From contig CAWKAR010000060.1 in NCBI GenBank assembly GCA_963847625.1, positions 32,001-96,000 on the forward strand: a stretch of 64,000 nucleotides of DNA. Reading direction: 5' to 3'. The notes beneath the pieces are model-generated. The model did no database searches and was not told the DNA's origin. It saw only the letters and a program-made list of their open reading frames with translations. This document shows, one piece after another, positions 1 to 9,877 of this stretch. The stretch's first letter is position 1; every line of letters starts with the position of its first letter. The position numbers and the translations under genes were made by a program. This DNA comes from a candidate division FCPU426 bacterium (GTDB taxonomy: Bacteria > Oederibacteriota > Muellerivitia > Muellerivitales > Muellerivitaceae).

Positions 1-11
1 GGGGAAAAGGC

Positions 12-88
12 GGGCGAATAGCTCAGCTGGTTAGAGCACCTGCTTTACACGCAGGGGGTCACAGGTTCGAGTCCTGTTTCGCCCACCA
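12..88 (+). tRNA. tRNA-Val(TAC)
   Basis: Acceptor stem GGGCGAA/TTCGCCC, anticodon arm CCTGC-TTTACAC-GCAGG, T-loop GGTTCGAGTCC, encoded CCA. Confidence 0.97.
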
Positions 89-196
89 AAATTAAATACC
101 AAGGACGAGAACCTTGGGAAAGGGTCGGGGGAAACGCGAGTTTCCCCGCTTTTATGACGGGTCCATAGGGGAATCCCCCTATGAACGCGAAAGCGT

Positions 197-252
197 GGTT
201 CGATGTCCTATTCGCCTACTAAAATTAATTACCAAGGGCGAGAGCCTTGAGA
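197..252 (+). repeat. Degenerate direct repeat of the tRNA-Val 3' half plus its downstream flank (copy of 64-119)
   Basis: ggttcgagtcctgtttcgcccaccaaaattaaataccaaggacgagaaccttggga (64-119) vs ggttcgatgtcctattcgcctactaaaattaattaccaagggcgagagccttgaga (197-252). Confidence 0.85.
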
Positions 253-338
253 ATGGCTCGGAAGATTGGCTTGTTTTTTTAAGGGTTTTAGTTAGAATTG
301 CCTTCCCTGCAACAAAATTCTTCTGGCGATCAATAACT

Positions 339-414
339 GGGGGCGTAGCTCAGCTGGGAGAGCACTTCCATGGCATGGAAGGGGTCGTGGGTTCGATCCC
401 CATCGCCTCCACCA
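339..414 (+). tRNA. tRNA-Ala(GGC)
   Basis: Acceptor stem GGGGGCG/CGCCTCC with G3:U70, anticodon arm CTTCC-ATGGCAT-GGAAG, T-loop GGTTCGATCCC, CCA end. Confidence 0.97.
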
Positions 415-507
415 GTTTTATTTTCTAAAGACCAAACAACAACAGTAGAGATACCAGAAAGAATTAAAAAGAATGGGTTTGGACTGCGAAAATCGAAAAG
501 GTTTCCC

Positions 508-1653
508 ATGCGCACTCGCGAACAGCTTGAAAAAATAGAACAAGAAACCTTGGTGCCATGCGCCCAAAAATCGATGGAAAGCCGGGGACGTGAACATCCC
601 GAGCCAGAACATCCTTACCGCACGGCTTTCCAAAGGGACAGGGACCGAATCATCCATTCATCCGCTTTCAGGCGCCTTCAATATAAAACCCAGGTTTTCG
701 TCAACCACGAGGGGGATTATTACCGGACCCGGATCACCCACACCCTCGAGGTGGCCCAAATCGCTCGTTCCATCGCCAGGCCCCTGGGATTGAACCAGGA
801 CTTGACGGAAGCGGTGGCATTATCCCACGACCTGGGCCATACGCCTTTCGGCCATTCCGGTGAAAAAGTTTTGAACGATATCATGAAAAACGACGGTGGT
901 TTCGAACATAACGCCCAAAGTTACAGGGTCGTAACGCATTTAGAGGACAAATATCCCTCATTCCGGGGCTTGAACCTTTCCTTTGAGGTTCTGGAAGGAA
1001 TCGACAAGCACCGAACCCGTTATGACCGGCAGGCGGACACCGGAGAACAATACACACTTGAGGCCCAGATCGTGGACCTTTCCGATGAAATCGCCTACAC
1101 CTCCCATGACGTTGACGATGGGTTGTATTCCGGACTTCTTGATCTCGAAGCTTTGGATGAAATACCACTCTGGAAACGAAACTTGGAAAAAGTAAAATCC
1201 GCGGACCCGGACATGAACAAGGAAAAATTGAAATATCAGGCTGTCCGGGAGCTTATCAATGAACAAGTGACCGACCTTTTGAATGAAACCGACCGCCGAC
1301 TCGCGTCCTTTGGCATCCAGACCTCTCAGGATGTGCGTAAATGCCCCGAGGAACTTGCGGCTTTTTCGGCTGATTTCCTACACCAACACTCAGAGCTGAA
1401 GCGTTACTTGTTCCAACATATGTACCGGCATCACAAGGTGACCCGCATGGAATCGAAAGCCACCCGGATCCTTCAGGAATTATTCCGGCTTTACGAGGGA
1501 AGCCCCGAAATCCTCCCGGCCAATACCCGCGAAAAAATCCGCAACCAACAGGAGCCGATCCGCCGGATTATCTGTGACTACATCGCCGGAATGACGGACC
1601 GATACGCCATTGAGGAATACGCGAAACTGACGGAACCATCCATGCGGGTCTAA
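508..1653 (+). CDS. dgt: Deoxyguanosinetriphosphate triphosphohydrolase-like HD protein
   Basis: RTAFQRDRDRIIHSSAFRRLQYKTQVF, RTRITHTLEV, HDLGHTPFGH, DYIAGMTD; start moved to ATG 508 because the longer ORF overlaps tRNA-Ala. Confidence 0.93.
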   Translation: MRTREQLEKIEQETLVPCAQKSMESRGREHPEPEHPYRTAFQRDRDRIIHSSAFRRLQYKTQVFVNHEGDYYRTRITHTLEVAQIARSIARPLGLNQDLTEAVALSHDLGHTPFGHSGEKVLNDIMKNDGGFEHNAQSYRVVTHLEDKYPSFRGLNLSFEVLEGIDKHRTRYDRQADTGEQYTLEAQIVDLSDEIAYTSHDVDDGLYSGLLDLEALDEIPLWKRNLEKVKSADPDMNKEKLKYQAVRELINEQVTDLLNETDRRLASFGIQTSQDVRKCPEELAAFSADFLHQHSELKRYLFQHMYRHHKVTRMESKATRILQELFRLYEGSPEILPANTREKIRNQQEPIRRIICDYIAGMTDRYAIEEYAKLTEPSMRV

Positions 1654-1733
1654 GCCTGGAAGTGACTCCTTTTCAAGCGAAATCCCTTTTGATAGGTAAA
1701 TGGCCCCTTAATTCCCAGCCCGTTCACCCCAGG

Positions 1734-1762
1734 TTGACAGCATTCTTCCTTTAACTTAAGAT
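1734..1762 (+). promoter_or_regulatory. Sigma70-type promoter upstream of argD
   Basis: TTGACA (1734-1739), 17 bp spacer, TAAGAT (1757-1762). Confidence 0.65.
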
Positions 1763-1771
1763 GACTTTGTT

Positions 1772-1820
1772 AAAAGTCCCCGTAAGTGCGCCTCAAGCGT
1801 TTTGCTTACGGGGGCTTTTT
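1772..1820 (+). terminator. Intrinsic terminator-like hairpin in front of argD
   Basis: AAAAGTCCCCGTAAG pairs with CTTACGGGGGCTTTT (15 bp including one G:U), ending in a T run. Confidence 0.6.
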
Positions 1821-1838
1821 CATTTTGAGGAGAAAAAA

Positions 1839-3041
1839 ATGGAAACATACCAGATCATCCAGCAGGGCGACGATTATCTTTTGCCGGTTTATAACCGGAA
1901 AAAGATCGTGCTGATGCGCGGGGAAGGTGTCCATGTTTATGACTCCGAAAGGATCGTATACCTCGACTTTTTCTCCGGAATCGCGGTGAACGGATTGGGG
2001 CAGGCCCATCCGGACGTGGTGAACGCCATCATCGAGGAGACGAAAAAACTCGGGCATGTTTCCAACTATTACTACAACGAACCCAACGTGAGGCTCGCCA
2101 AGCTGCTTTGCGACATATCCTTCGCGCAAAAGGTTTTTTTCTGCAATTCCGGCACGGAGGCGGTCGAAGCCGCCATCAAATTGACGAGAAAGTATTTCCG
2201 CGGGAAGGGGCAGGAAAAATTCGAGATCATCAGTTTTTACAATTCCTTCCATGGCAGGACTCTGGGGGCCCTTTCGGCCACCGGACAGGTCAAGTTCCAG
2301 GAAGGATTGGAACCCCTCTTGCCGGGTTTCAAGCACGCGACTTTTAACAACATTGAAAGCGTGAAAAAACTGGCCGGAGACAAAACGGCCGCCATTCTGG
2401 TTGAGCCCATCCAATGCGAGGGGGGAATCCGCATCGCTGCGCCGTCATTTTTAAAGGAATTAAGGGATTTGTGCACCGAAAAGGGAATTTTCCTCATTCT
2501 GGACGAAGTGCAATGCGGAATGGGGCGCACCGGAAAGATGTGGGCCTACGAGCATTACGGAATCGAGCCGGACATGATGACCGCGGCGAAGGCACTCGGG
2601 GGAGGTTTGCCCATGGGCGCCCTTTTGGTCAACAACCAGGCGGCGCAAGGCTTCAAACCGGGTGACCACGCCTCCACCTTCGGGGGAAATCCCATCGTGA
2701 GCGCGGCGTCCATCGCCACGATTGAAGTCATCATCGGAAAGGACCTTTTGCAGCACGCCACCCACGAAGGGGAATACCTGAAGCAGGGGCTCCAATCCGT
2801 CCTGAAGGAATTCCCGAAACTGTTCACCGAATGGAGAGGGATGGGCCTCATCCAGGGGCTTGAAATGACGGAAAAAGCCTCTTCATTGGTGGATTTCTGC
2901 GCCCGCCAGGGCTTGTTGGTGGGAAGCGCCAACGAAAACGTCCTACGGTTCCTGCCGCCCCTGGTGATCAAGCATCCGGATATCGACCAGGCGATTGAAA
3001 AACTTAAAAAAGCTATCGCTGAAGAACTTAAACCTGCCTGA
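1839..3041 (+). CDS. argD: Acetylornithine aminotransferase
   Basis: NSGTEAVEAAIK, SFHGRT, LDEVQCGMGRTG, AKALGGG, HASTFGGNP; GAGGAG RBS before ATG 1839. Confidence 0.93.
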   Translation: METYQIIQQGDDYLLPVYNRKKIVLMRGEGVHVYDSERIVYLDFFSGIAVNGLGQAHPDVVNAIIEETKKLGHVSNYYYNEPNVRLAKLLCDISFAQKVFFCNSGTEAVEAAIKLTRKYFRGKGQEKFEIISFYNSFHGRTLGALSATGQVKFQEGLEPLLPGFKHATFNNIESVKKLAGDKTAAILVEPIQCEGGIRIAAPSFLKELRDLCTEKGIFLILDEVQCGMGRTGKMWAYEHYGIEPDMMTAAKALGGGLPMGALLVNNQAAQGFKPGDHASTFGGNPIVSAASIATIEVIIGKDLLQHATHEGEYLKQGLQSVLKEFPKLFTEWRGMGLIQGLEMTEKASSLVDFCARQGLLVGSANENVLRFLPPLVIKHPDIDQAIEKLKKAIAEELKPA

Positions 3042-3050
3042 GGTTATTCC

Positions 3051-3992
3051 ATGCAAAAGAAACCGAGACATTTATTGACGCTACAGGAATTTTCCACCAG
3101 GGAAATCCTGGATTTTTTGAACCTGGCCCGGGCGATGAAGAAAAATCCCCTCAAGTACCAATATGCCTTGAATGGACAATGCCTGGCCATGATTTTCGAT
3201 AAGAGTTCCACCCGGACGAGGGTTTCTTTCGAGGTCGGAATAACCCAATTGGGGGGACACGCCCTTTTCATGAACGGAACCGACCTGCAGTTGGGCAGGG
3301 GGGAAACCATTTCCGACACGGCCAAAGTCCTGTCCCGCTACGTCCAGGGGATCATGGTCCGGACCTTCGCCCACCGGATTGTCGAGGAACTCGCCGCGAA
3401 CTCGGCCATCCCCGTCATCAACGGACTGACCGACAGCCACCATCCCTGCCAGATCCTGGCCGACATGCAGACCATCCTGGAGGCTTTCAAGAAATTGAAT
3501 GGAATCCAGGTGGTCTTTGTAGGCGATGGCAACAACGTGGCCCACAGCCTTCTGATTGGCGCTGCAAAAACGGGCATGCATCTCAGGCTGGTTTGCCCCG
3601 AAGGATACCAACCGGATTCTTCCATCCTGGATTACGCGCAAAAAGAAGCCAAAAAAACCGGCAGCCGGATCGAGGTGACCTCGAAGGTCAAAGGCTCGGC
3701 CGCTGGCGCCCAGGTGGTTTATACGGATGTTTGGGCCAGCATGGGACAGGAAAAGGAAAAATCCAAACGTCATGAGGATTTCCAAGGCTTCCAAGTCGAT
3801 CAGAGACTCATGTCGGAATCCCCGCGCGCCATATTCCTCCATTGCCTGCCTGCCCACCGGGGGGAGGAAGTGTCCGCTGACGTGATCGACGGGCCCAGGT
3901 CCCGGGTTTGGGACGAGGCGGAAAACCGGTTGCACGCCCAAAAGGCGGTGCTCGCGACCCTGATGGGCAAAACAACAAGGAGCAAACCATGA
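3051..3992 (+). CDS. argF: Ornithine carbamoyltransferase
   Basis: STRTRVSFE, HPCQILAD, TDVWASMG, FLHCLP, AENRLH. Confidence 0.96.
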   Translation: MQKKPRHLLTLQEFSTREILDFLNLARAMKKNPLKYQYALNGQCLAMIFDKSSTRTRVSFEVGITQLGGHALFMNGTDLQLGRGETISDTAKVLSRYVQGIMVRTFAHRIVEELAANSAIPVINGLTDSHHPCQILADMQTILEAFKKLNGIQVVFVGDGNNVAHSLLIGAAKTGMHLRLVCPEGYQPDSSILDYAQKEAKKTGSRIEVTSKVKGSAAGAQVVYTDVWASMGQEKEKSKRHEDFQGFQVDQRLMSESPRAIFLHCLPAHRGEEVSADVIDGPRSRVWDEAENRLHAQKAVLATLMGKTTRSKP

Positions 3993-5200
3993 AAAACATA
4001 AAAAAAGTGGTCCTGGCCTATTCCGGGGGCTTGGATACATCCATCATCATTCCGTGGCTCAAGGAAAATTACGGCTGTGAAGTGATTGCCTATATCGCCG
4101 ATGTGGGCCAAGGGGATGACCTGAATGACGTACAAAACAAGGCATTGAGTACCGGCGCGAAAAAAGCGTTTGTGCAAAACCTTCAAAAGGACTTCATCGA
4201 AAACTATTGTTTTCTGGCTTTAAGGGCGCAGGCCAAGTATGAGGGCGTTTATCTTTTGGGAACTTCCCTGGCAAGACCGGTCATCGCCAAGGGCATGGTT
4301 GAAACGGCCCTGAGGGAGGGAGCGGATGCGGTTGCCCACGGCTGTACAGGCAAAGGCAACGACCAAGTCCGATTCGAGTTGACAACCATGGCCATGGCTC
4401 CCCACCTGAAGGTTATCGCCCCATGGAGGGAATGGAAAATCAGGTCCCGGGAAGACGCCATCGATTACGCGAAAAAACACGGCGTGGAAGTACCGGTCAC
4501 TAAAAAACGGCCCTATTCCATGGACGGAAACCTCTGGCACTTAAGCCACGAGGGCGGGGAACTGGAAGATCCCTGGAACGCGCCTTCCAAGCACGTATTC
4601 CTGACGACCCAGGACCCCGCAAAGGCACCGTCCAAATCCAGGAGTATGGCGGTTTCGTTTATAAACGGGAAGCCGACCGGCATCAACGGGAAAAAAATGG
4701 ACGGGCCTGCTTTGGTGAAGGCTCTGAACCAAGCAGCTGCGCTTTACGGAATCGGCCGGGTGGATATGGTGGAAAACCGGCTGATTGGCATGAAAAGCCG
4801 GGGCGTTTATGAGTCGCCCGGGGCTACGGTGCTATACGAGGCGCACCGGGCACTGCAAAGCTTGACGGTCGAGAGGGAACTTCTGCATTTCGGGCAGGTT
4901 CTCTCGGTAAAATACGCCGAACTGGTTTATTACGGCCAATGGTTTTCACCCCTTCGGGATGGGTTGGAGGCCTTTTTCAATGAAATGCAAAAAACCGTGA
5001 CCGGAGAAGTGCGGGTGTCCCTGCATCCGGGCCGGGTGGTGGCCAACGGCGTGAAATCGCCTTATTCGCTCTACCAGGAAGCCTTGGCGACTTTTGGCCG
5101 GGACGCGGTGTATAACCAGAAGGATGCGGAAGGGTTCATCAAGCTTTTCGGTTTGCCGATGAAAGTCGTCGGAATGGTAAAAAGAAAGAAGAAATTTTAA
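3989..5200 (+). CDS. argG: Argininosuccinate synthase
   Basis: VVLAYSGGLDTS, HGCTGKGNDQVRF, ENRLIGMKSRGVYE; ATGA overlap with the argF stop. Confidence 0.97.
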   Translation: MKNIKKVVLAYSGGLDTSIIIPWLKENYGCEVIAYIADVGQGDDLNDVQNKALSTGAKKAFVQNLQKDFIENYCFLALRAQAKYEGVYLLGTSLARPVIAKGMVETALREGADAVAHGCTGKGNDQVRFELTTMAMAPHLKVIAPWREWKIRSREDAIDYAKKHGVEVPVTKKRPYSMDGNLWHLSHEGGELEDPWNAPSKHVFLTTQDPAKAPSKSRSMAVSFINGKPTGINGKKMDGPALVKALNQAAALYGIGRVDMVENRLIGMKSRGVYESPGATVLYEAHRALQSLTVERELLHFGQVLSVKYAELVYYGQWFSPLRDGLEAFFNEMQKTVTGEVRVSLHPGRVVANGVKSPYSLYQEALATFGRDAVYNQKDAEGFIKLFGLPMKVVGMVKRKKKF

Positions 5201-5214
5201 ATTCGAGGTCGTTC

Positions 5215-6618
5215 ATGAAAAAAACATGGGGCGGGAGATTCAAAAAAAACACCGATCCTCAAGTCGAGGCCTTTACCGAGTCTATCTCCTTCGACCATCG
5301 GTTGGGGCTTTTCGATATCGAGGCCAGCCTGGCCCATGTCCAAGCCCTGGCAAAGGCCAAGCTTTTAAAACCGGATGAAGGGAAAAAACTTACCGCCGGT
5401 CTTCAAAAGGTGAAAAGGCTTTATTCGGCGGGGAAGTTGCCGGTGGATTCAAGTCTGGAGGATATCCATACCGCCGTGGAAAACGCCCTGACGCGCATCG
5501 TCGGCCCTCTGGGGGGAAAGCTTCATACGGGAAGGTCCCGGAACGACCAGGTCGCCACCGATTTCAGGCTCTATTTGCGCCACGCGGTTAAAAACGTGGT
5601 TCTGGCGGGCTGCGGCCTGATTGAAGTCATTCAAAAACGCTCGCTCCGGGAAAAAGAAACCATCCTTCCGGGTTACACCCACCTTCAAAGGGCGATGCCG
5701 GTGACCTTAGGACACCATTTGGCTGCCTATGCCTACATGTTCTGCAGGGACATGGACCGGTTCTTATCCGCTTGGGCAAGAGCTGACGCCCTACCCCTGG
5801 GATCAGGCGCCCTGGCCGGAACCAACCACCCCCTTGACCGGAACGCAACGGCCCGGAATCTTGGGTTTAAGGCCATCCTGGAGAACAGCCTGGATGCGGT
5901 TTCGGACAGGGACGTCTTCGTGGATTTCCTTTCCGCCGCCGCGGTCACCCAAATGCACCTCTCCAGGCTTTCCGAGGACCTGATCCTCTGGTCCAGTGCG
6001 GAGTTCGGTTTCGCCGAAATGGACGACTCCTTCGCCACGGGCTCCAGCCTCATGCCCCAGAAAAAGAACCCGGACGTGGCCGAACTGGTCCGGGGAAAAA
6101 CGGGAAGGGTTTACGGGAATCTTTTGGGCCTTTTCACGGTATTAAAAGGCCTGCCGATGGCCTACAACCGGGACCTGCAGGAGGACAAACATTTCGTTTT
6201 CGATTCGGCGGACACGGTCCTTTCGTCCCTTCAAGTCATGACCGGCTTTTTAAGAACATTGAAATTCAACCGGGTTAGGATGAAGGATGCTGCTGACCGG
6301 GATTTGACCCTCTTGGCCACCGACTTGGCGGATCTATTGGTTAAAAAGGGGGTCCCGTTCAGGGAATCCCATGAAATCGTCGGCCGGGTCGTCCAATACG
6401 CGTTAAAACAAGGGAAACGGATCCAAGACTTGAGCGACAGCGAGTTGGGAAAATTCTCTGAATTCTTCCCGAAAAAGGCCACGAAAAACCTTTCCGTCAA
6501 GCTGTCCGTCTTACAAAAGAAAACACCGGGAGGGACCTCTCCTCGTAACGTCGAGCGGCAGGCCCTGATGCTTATAAAAATCGTTGGCCGGCTCCAAAAA
6601 ACCGCCCACGCCTTGTAA
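5215..6618 (+). CDS. argH: Argininosuccinate lyase
   Basis: WGGRF, HTGRSRNDQV, PGYTHLQRA, GSSLMPQKKNPD, YNRDLQEDK. Confidence 0.97.
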   Translation: MKKTWGGRFKKNTDPQVEAFTESISFDHRLGLFDIEASLAHVQALAKAKLLKPDEGKKLTAGLQKVKRLYSAGKLPVDSSLEDIHTAVENALTRIVGPLGGKLHTGRSRNDQVATDFRLYLRHAVKNVVLAGCGLIEVIQKRSLREKETILPGYTHLQRAMPVTLGHHLAAYAYMFCRDMDRFLSAWARADALPLGSGALAGTNHPLDRNATARNLGFKAILENSLDAVSDRDVFVDFLSAAAVTQMHLSRLSEDLILWSSAEFGFAEMDDSFATGSSLMPQKKNPDVAELVRGKTGRVYGNLLGLFTVLKGLPMAYNRDLQEDKHFVFDSADTVLSSLQVMTGFLRTLKFNRVRMKDAADRDLTLLATDLADLLVKKGVPFRESHEIVGRVVQYALKQGKRIQDLSDSELGKFSEFFPKKATKNLSVKLSVLQKKTPGGTSPRNVERQALMLIKIVGRLQKTAHAL

Positions 6619-6630
6619 TAAGAGGAAATC

Positions 6631-7878
6631 ATGCAAGGTTTCCATTTAAAGAAAAACCGTTGGTACGCTGAAGGAACCGAGCTTTCAAAGATTGCTCAAA
6701 AAGCCGGAACGCCTTGCTACGTTTATTGCCTGTCTTCCTTCGAGGAAAAATGGAAGGAAATGGATCGGGCTTTCAAATCCGTCCCCCATCTAGAGGCCTA
6801 CTCCATTAAAGTCAATTCAAACCTTTCGGTTGTCCACGCCCTCGCCCGGATAGGGGCCGGGGCGGATGTCGTCTCGGGCGGGGAGATCCATATCGCCCTC
6901 CGAGCAGGAATTCCTGCGGATCGGATCATTTACGCCGGAGTTGGAAAAACCGACCGGGAAATCGCCTACGCGCTCGGGAAAGGCATCCGGTATTTCAACG
7001 TGGAATCCATCCCGGAAATGCTGGTTATCAACGAGATCGCCAAAAAACTCAGGAAAACCGCCCCCATCGCGGTTCGTTTCAATCCAGATGTGGATGCCAA
7101 AACCCATCACCACATTACCACCGGTAAAAAGGAAACGAAATTCGGTGTTGACCCAAAAGACCTTGTGGAGGTCATGAGGATCGCCCGAGAGTGCCGCAAT
7201 CTCAACTGGACCGGTATCCACATGCACATTGGGAGCCAGATGACTCAAACCAACTCCATCGGCCAAGCCGTGAAAGTCATGGAAAAACTGGTTTTAAAGC
7301 TCCGGCGCGAGGGTTTCCCAATTTATACCCTTAATATCGGAGGGGGCTACGGGATTGAATACCATGGAGAGAACCCCCCAAAACCTTCCCAATACGCCGC
7401 GCGTGTCCTGCCGGTGGTAAAAAAACTAAATGCCGATTTAATCCTGGAACCGGGGAGGTATATCGCGGGTAATTCGGGAGTGCTTCTAACCCGCGTGACT
7501 TACGTGAAAAGGGCTGGTTCCAAGACCTTTTATATCGTGGACGCAGGCATGGGGGAATTGATCCGCCCGGCGCTTTACGACGCCTACCACCGGATTGCGC
7601 CCGCCTCAGGAACCCAAAAACCGGTACTGAAAGCCGACGTGGTCGGGCCCATCTGCGAATCCACCGACTTTTTCGCGAAAAACCGTTCCCTTCCGAGTGT
7701 AAAAAGAGGGGATCTGTTGGTCGTTTTCTCGGCGGGAGCTTATGGAAGCGTCATGGGAAGCACCTACAACGCCCGCCCTTTGGCCCCCGAGGTCGTCGTG
7801 AGGGGGAACCGGTTCGCAGTTGCCCGCCGGCGTCAGAGTTGGCGGGACCTGATCCGCTTGGAAAGAATCACTCTTTAA
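6631..7878 (+). CDS. lysA: Diaminopimelate decarboxylase
   Basis: YSIKVN PLP lysine, HMHIGSQ, EPGRYI, VVGPICES, GAYG..M.STYN. Confidence 0.95.
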   Translation: MQGFHLKKNRWYAEGTELSKIAQKAGTPCYVYCLSSFEEKWKEMDRAFKSVPHLEAYSIKVNSNLSVVHALARIGAGADVVSGGEIHIALRAGIPADRIIYAGVGKTDREIAYALGKGIRYFNVESIPEMLVINEIAKKLRKTAPIAVRFNPDVDAKTHHHITTGKKETKFGVDPKDLVEVMRIARECRNLNWTGIHMHIGSQMTQTNSIGQAVKVMEKLVLKLRREGFPIYTLNIGGGYGIEYHGENPPKPSQYAARVLPVVKKLNADLILEPGRYIAGNSGVLLTRVTYVKRAGSKTFYIVDAGMGELIRPALYDAYHRIAPASGTQKPVLKADVVGPICESTDFFAKNRSLPSVKRGDLLVVFSAGAYGSVMGSTYNARPLAPEVVVRGNRFAVARRRQSWRDLIRLERITL

Positions 7879-8087
7879 TCCCACCCTCATGATTCAAGAA
7901 CCACCCAAACCTGATTTCCGAAAATATTTTTCAAAATCGCCCGGTTTCCTCCCAGGCCCGAACCAGGTCGGGAGACTAGCCTCTGCAAAGTTTACTTGCG
8001 ATAGGATGTTAAATTTCCTAATATGAACTCTCATCGGCGTCAAAGCGGAAATAGTTTTTTATCATCGGTGAGAAAGAGGGAGAAAAA

Positions 8088-8984
8088 ATGTTTCGCGGTG
8101 CCTTTACAGCCCTGGTCACCCCTTTTAAAAACGGGGAAGTGGATTATTCCGCCCTGGAAGGCTTGATCGAGAACCAAATTACCGGGGGGATTGACGGCCT
8201 AGTCCCCTGCGGAACGACCGGCGAGTCACCCACCCTCAGCGAGAAGGAGCACGAGGACATCATCGCCTTCACGGTGAAAAAAGCGCGCAAACGGGTTCCC
8301 GTCATCGCCGGTACCGGCTCTAATTCCACCGCCGAAGCCGTTTTATACACCCAGTTCGCCAAGGAAGCAGGCGCGGATGCAGTCCTATTGGTTTGTCCTT
8401 ATTACAACAAACCCAGCCAGAGGGGCCTGCTCGCCCATTTCAAAGCCATCGCCGACAAAGTTCAAATTCCCCAGATCCTCTATAACATTCCGGGACGCAC
8501 AGGCATCAACCTGCTTCCTGAAACCCTCGCGGAACTCTCCCGCCACCGCAACATCGTGGGAGTGAAGGAAGCCAGCGGCAGCCTGGAACAGATGGCCAAA
8601 ATCAAATCTCTTTGCGGCGAGGATTTTGACCTGCTCTCGGGGGATGATCCACTCACCTTTTTCGTGCTCGAACTCGGGGGAGTGGGCGTCATTTCCGTCA
8701 CCTCGAACATTCTTCCCGGGGAAACCTCGAGAATGGTCCATAGTTATCTTGACGGAAAATCAGAGGAAAGCCGGCAGTTGTTCGATAAATACAACGACCT
8801 GGTCAAAGCGATCATGTCGGCGGACGTCAATCCCACCGGGATCAAGGCCGCGATGGCCCTTCGGGGCCAAATCGCGGAGGAATTAAGGCTCCCCCTCGTC
8901 CCCGTCACCAGCGAAGCCCGTGAAACCATCCGCAAACAAATGGACCGACTTGGTTTATTGAGCGCGGTCGGCCAAAAACGATGA
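8088..8984 (+). CDS. dapA: 4-hydroxy-tetrahydrodipicolinate synthase
   Basis: GTTGESPTL, PYYNKP, LYNIPGRT, GVKEASG, LSGDD. Confidence 0.96.
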   Translation: MFRGAFTALVTPFKNGEVDYSALEGLIENQITGGIDGLVPCGTTGESPTLSEKEHEDIIAFTVKKARKRVPVIAGTGSNSTAEAVLYTQFAKEAGADAVLLVCPYYNKPSQRGLLAHFKAIADKVQIPQILYNIPGRTGINLLPETLAELSRHRNIVGVKEASGSLEQMAKIKSLCGEDFDLLSGDDPLTFFVLELGGVGVISVTSNILPGETSRMVHSYLDGKSEESRQLFDKYNDLVKAIMSADVNPTGIKAAMALRGQIAEELRLPLVPVTSEARETIRKQMDRLGLLSAVGQKR

Positions 8985-9802
8985 CTTTGAGAATAGCGGT
9001 CTCGGGCGCGGGTGGAAGGATGGGCTCCCACATCCTGGGCTTGGCGGCCAGGGACAAGCGCTTTGAAATCGCAGGGGCCCTGGAAATTCCAACCCACCCG
9101 TTCCAAAGGAAGCCCTTGGCCGCCCTCTGGCCCGGTTTTGGAATCAGGAATAACTCGGCTCTCCAACCGTCCCTCAAGACCTTCCCCGTCATGCCCCAGG
9201 TCTTGATCGATTTCACCCAGCCGCCTGCCACCCTTCAGTATTTAAAGGATGCGCTGTCCCTGGGGGTCAAAATGGTGATCGGAACCACCGGGTTTTCCGC
9301 GTCTGAGAAAAAAAGCATAAAGAACGCCTCTAAAAAAATCCCCATTGTCATGGCCCCCAATATGGGAATCGGAATGAACCTTCTTTTCTCCCTGGTGGAG
9401 GAAACGGCCCGCAGACTGGGCACGGACTATGACGTCGAAATCTCGGAAACACACCATAACCTGAAAAAAGACGCGCCTTCGGGTTCCGCCTTTGCCTTGG
9501 GGGAAGCCGTGGCCCGGGCCTGGAAAGTGGACCTCAGTAAAGTTTCCAGCCATGGCCGGAAGGGCAAGACGGGGGAAAGGGTCAAGGGAACCATCGGGTT
9601 TCACGCCATTCGGGGCGGGGACATCGTCGGGGACCATACGGTTCTTTTCGCCGGCGCGGGGGAGCGATTGGAATTGACCCACCGGGCCCATAGCCGGGTG
9701 GCATTAGCCCAGGGCGCCCTGAAAGCCGCCCTGTTCCTCGAAAAAAGGAAGAACGGGTTCTTCAACATGGGGGATGTCCTGGGTCTTCATTCGAAGCGTT
9801 AA
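8981..9802 (+). CDS. dapB: 4-hydroxy-tetrahydrodipicolinate reductase
   Basis: GAGGRMG, IDFT, IGTTG, ETHHNLKKDAPSGSA, RGGDIVGDH. Confidence 0.96.
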   Translation: MTLRIAVSGAGGRMGSHILGLAARDKRFEIAGALEIPTHPFQRKPLAALWPGFGIRNNSALQPSLKTFPVMPQVLIDFTQPPATLQYLKDALSLGVKMVIGTTGFSASEKKSIKNASKKIPIVMAPNMGIGMNLLFSLVEETARRLGTDYDVEISETHHNLKKDAPSGSAFALGEAVARAWKVDLSKVSSHGRKGKTGERVKGTIGFHAIRGGDIVGDHTVLFAGAGERLELTHRAHSRVALAQGALKAALFLEKRKNGFFNMGDVLGLHSKR

Positions 9803-9877
9803 AAAAACCGCTTATCTGAAACTTTTCTTTTTTTCCCTGCGAAGTTTTTCCTTGTTCATTACTTTTTTTATTTCGAG

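Noticed and set aside
370..507. N-terminal extension of dgt and ORF 114-428
   Set aside because: Both overlap tRNA-Ala
12..510. Prophage or genomic island integrated at the tRNAs
   Set aside because: No integrase follows; housekeeping genes resume immediately
508..1653. Anti-phage dGTPase defence system
   Set aside because: Short housekeeping-type enzyme in a core context with no defence genes nearby
7880..8087. Lysine riboswitch before dapA
   Set aside because: No AGAGG..GC P1/P2 signature or long P2/P3 helices are recognisable
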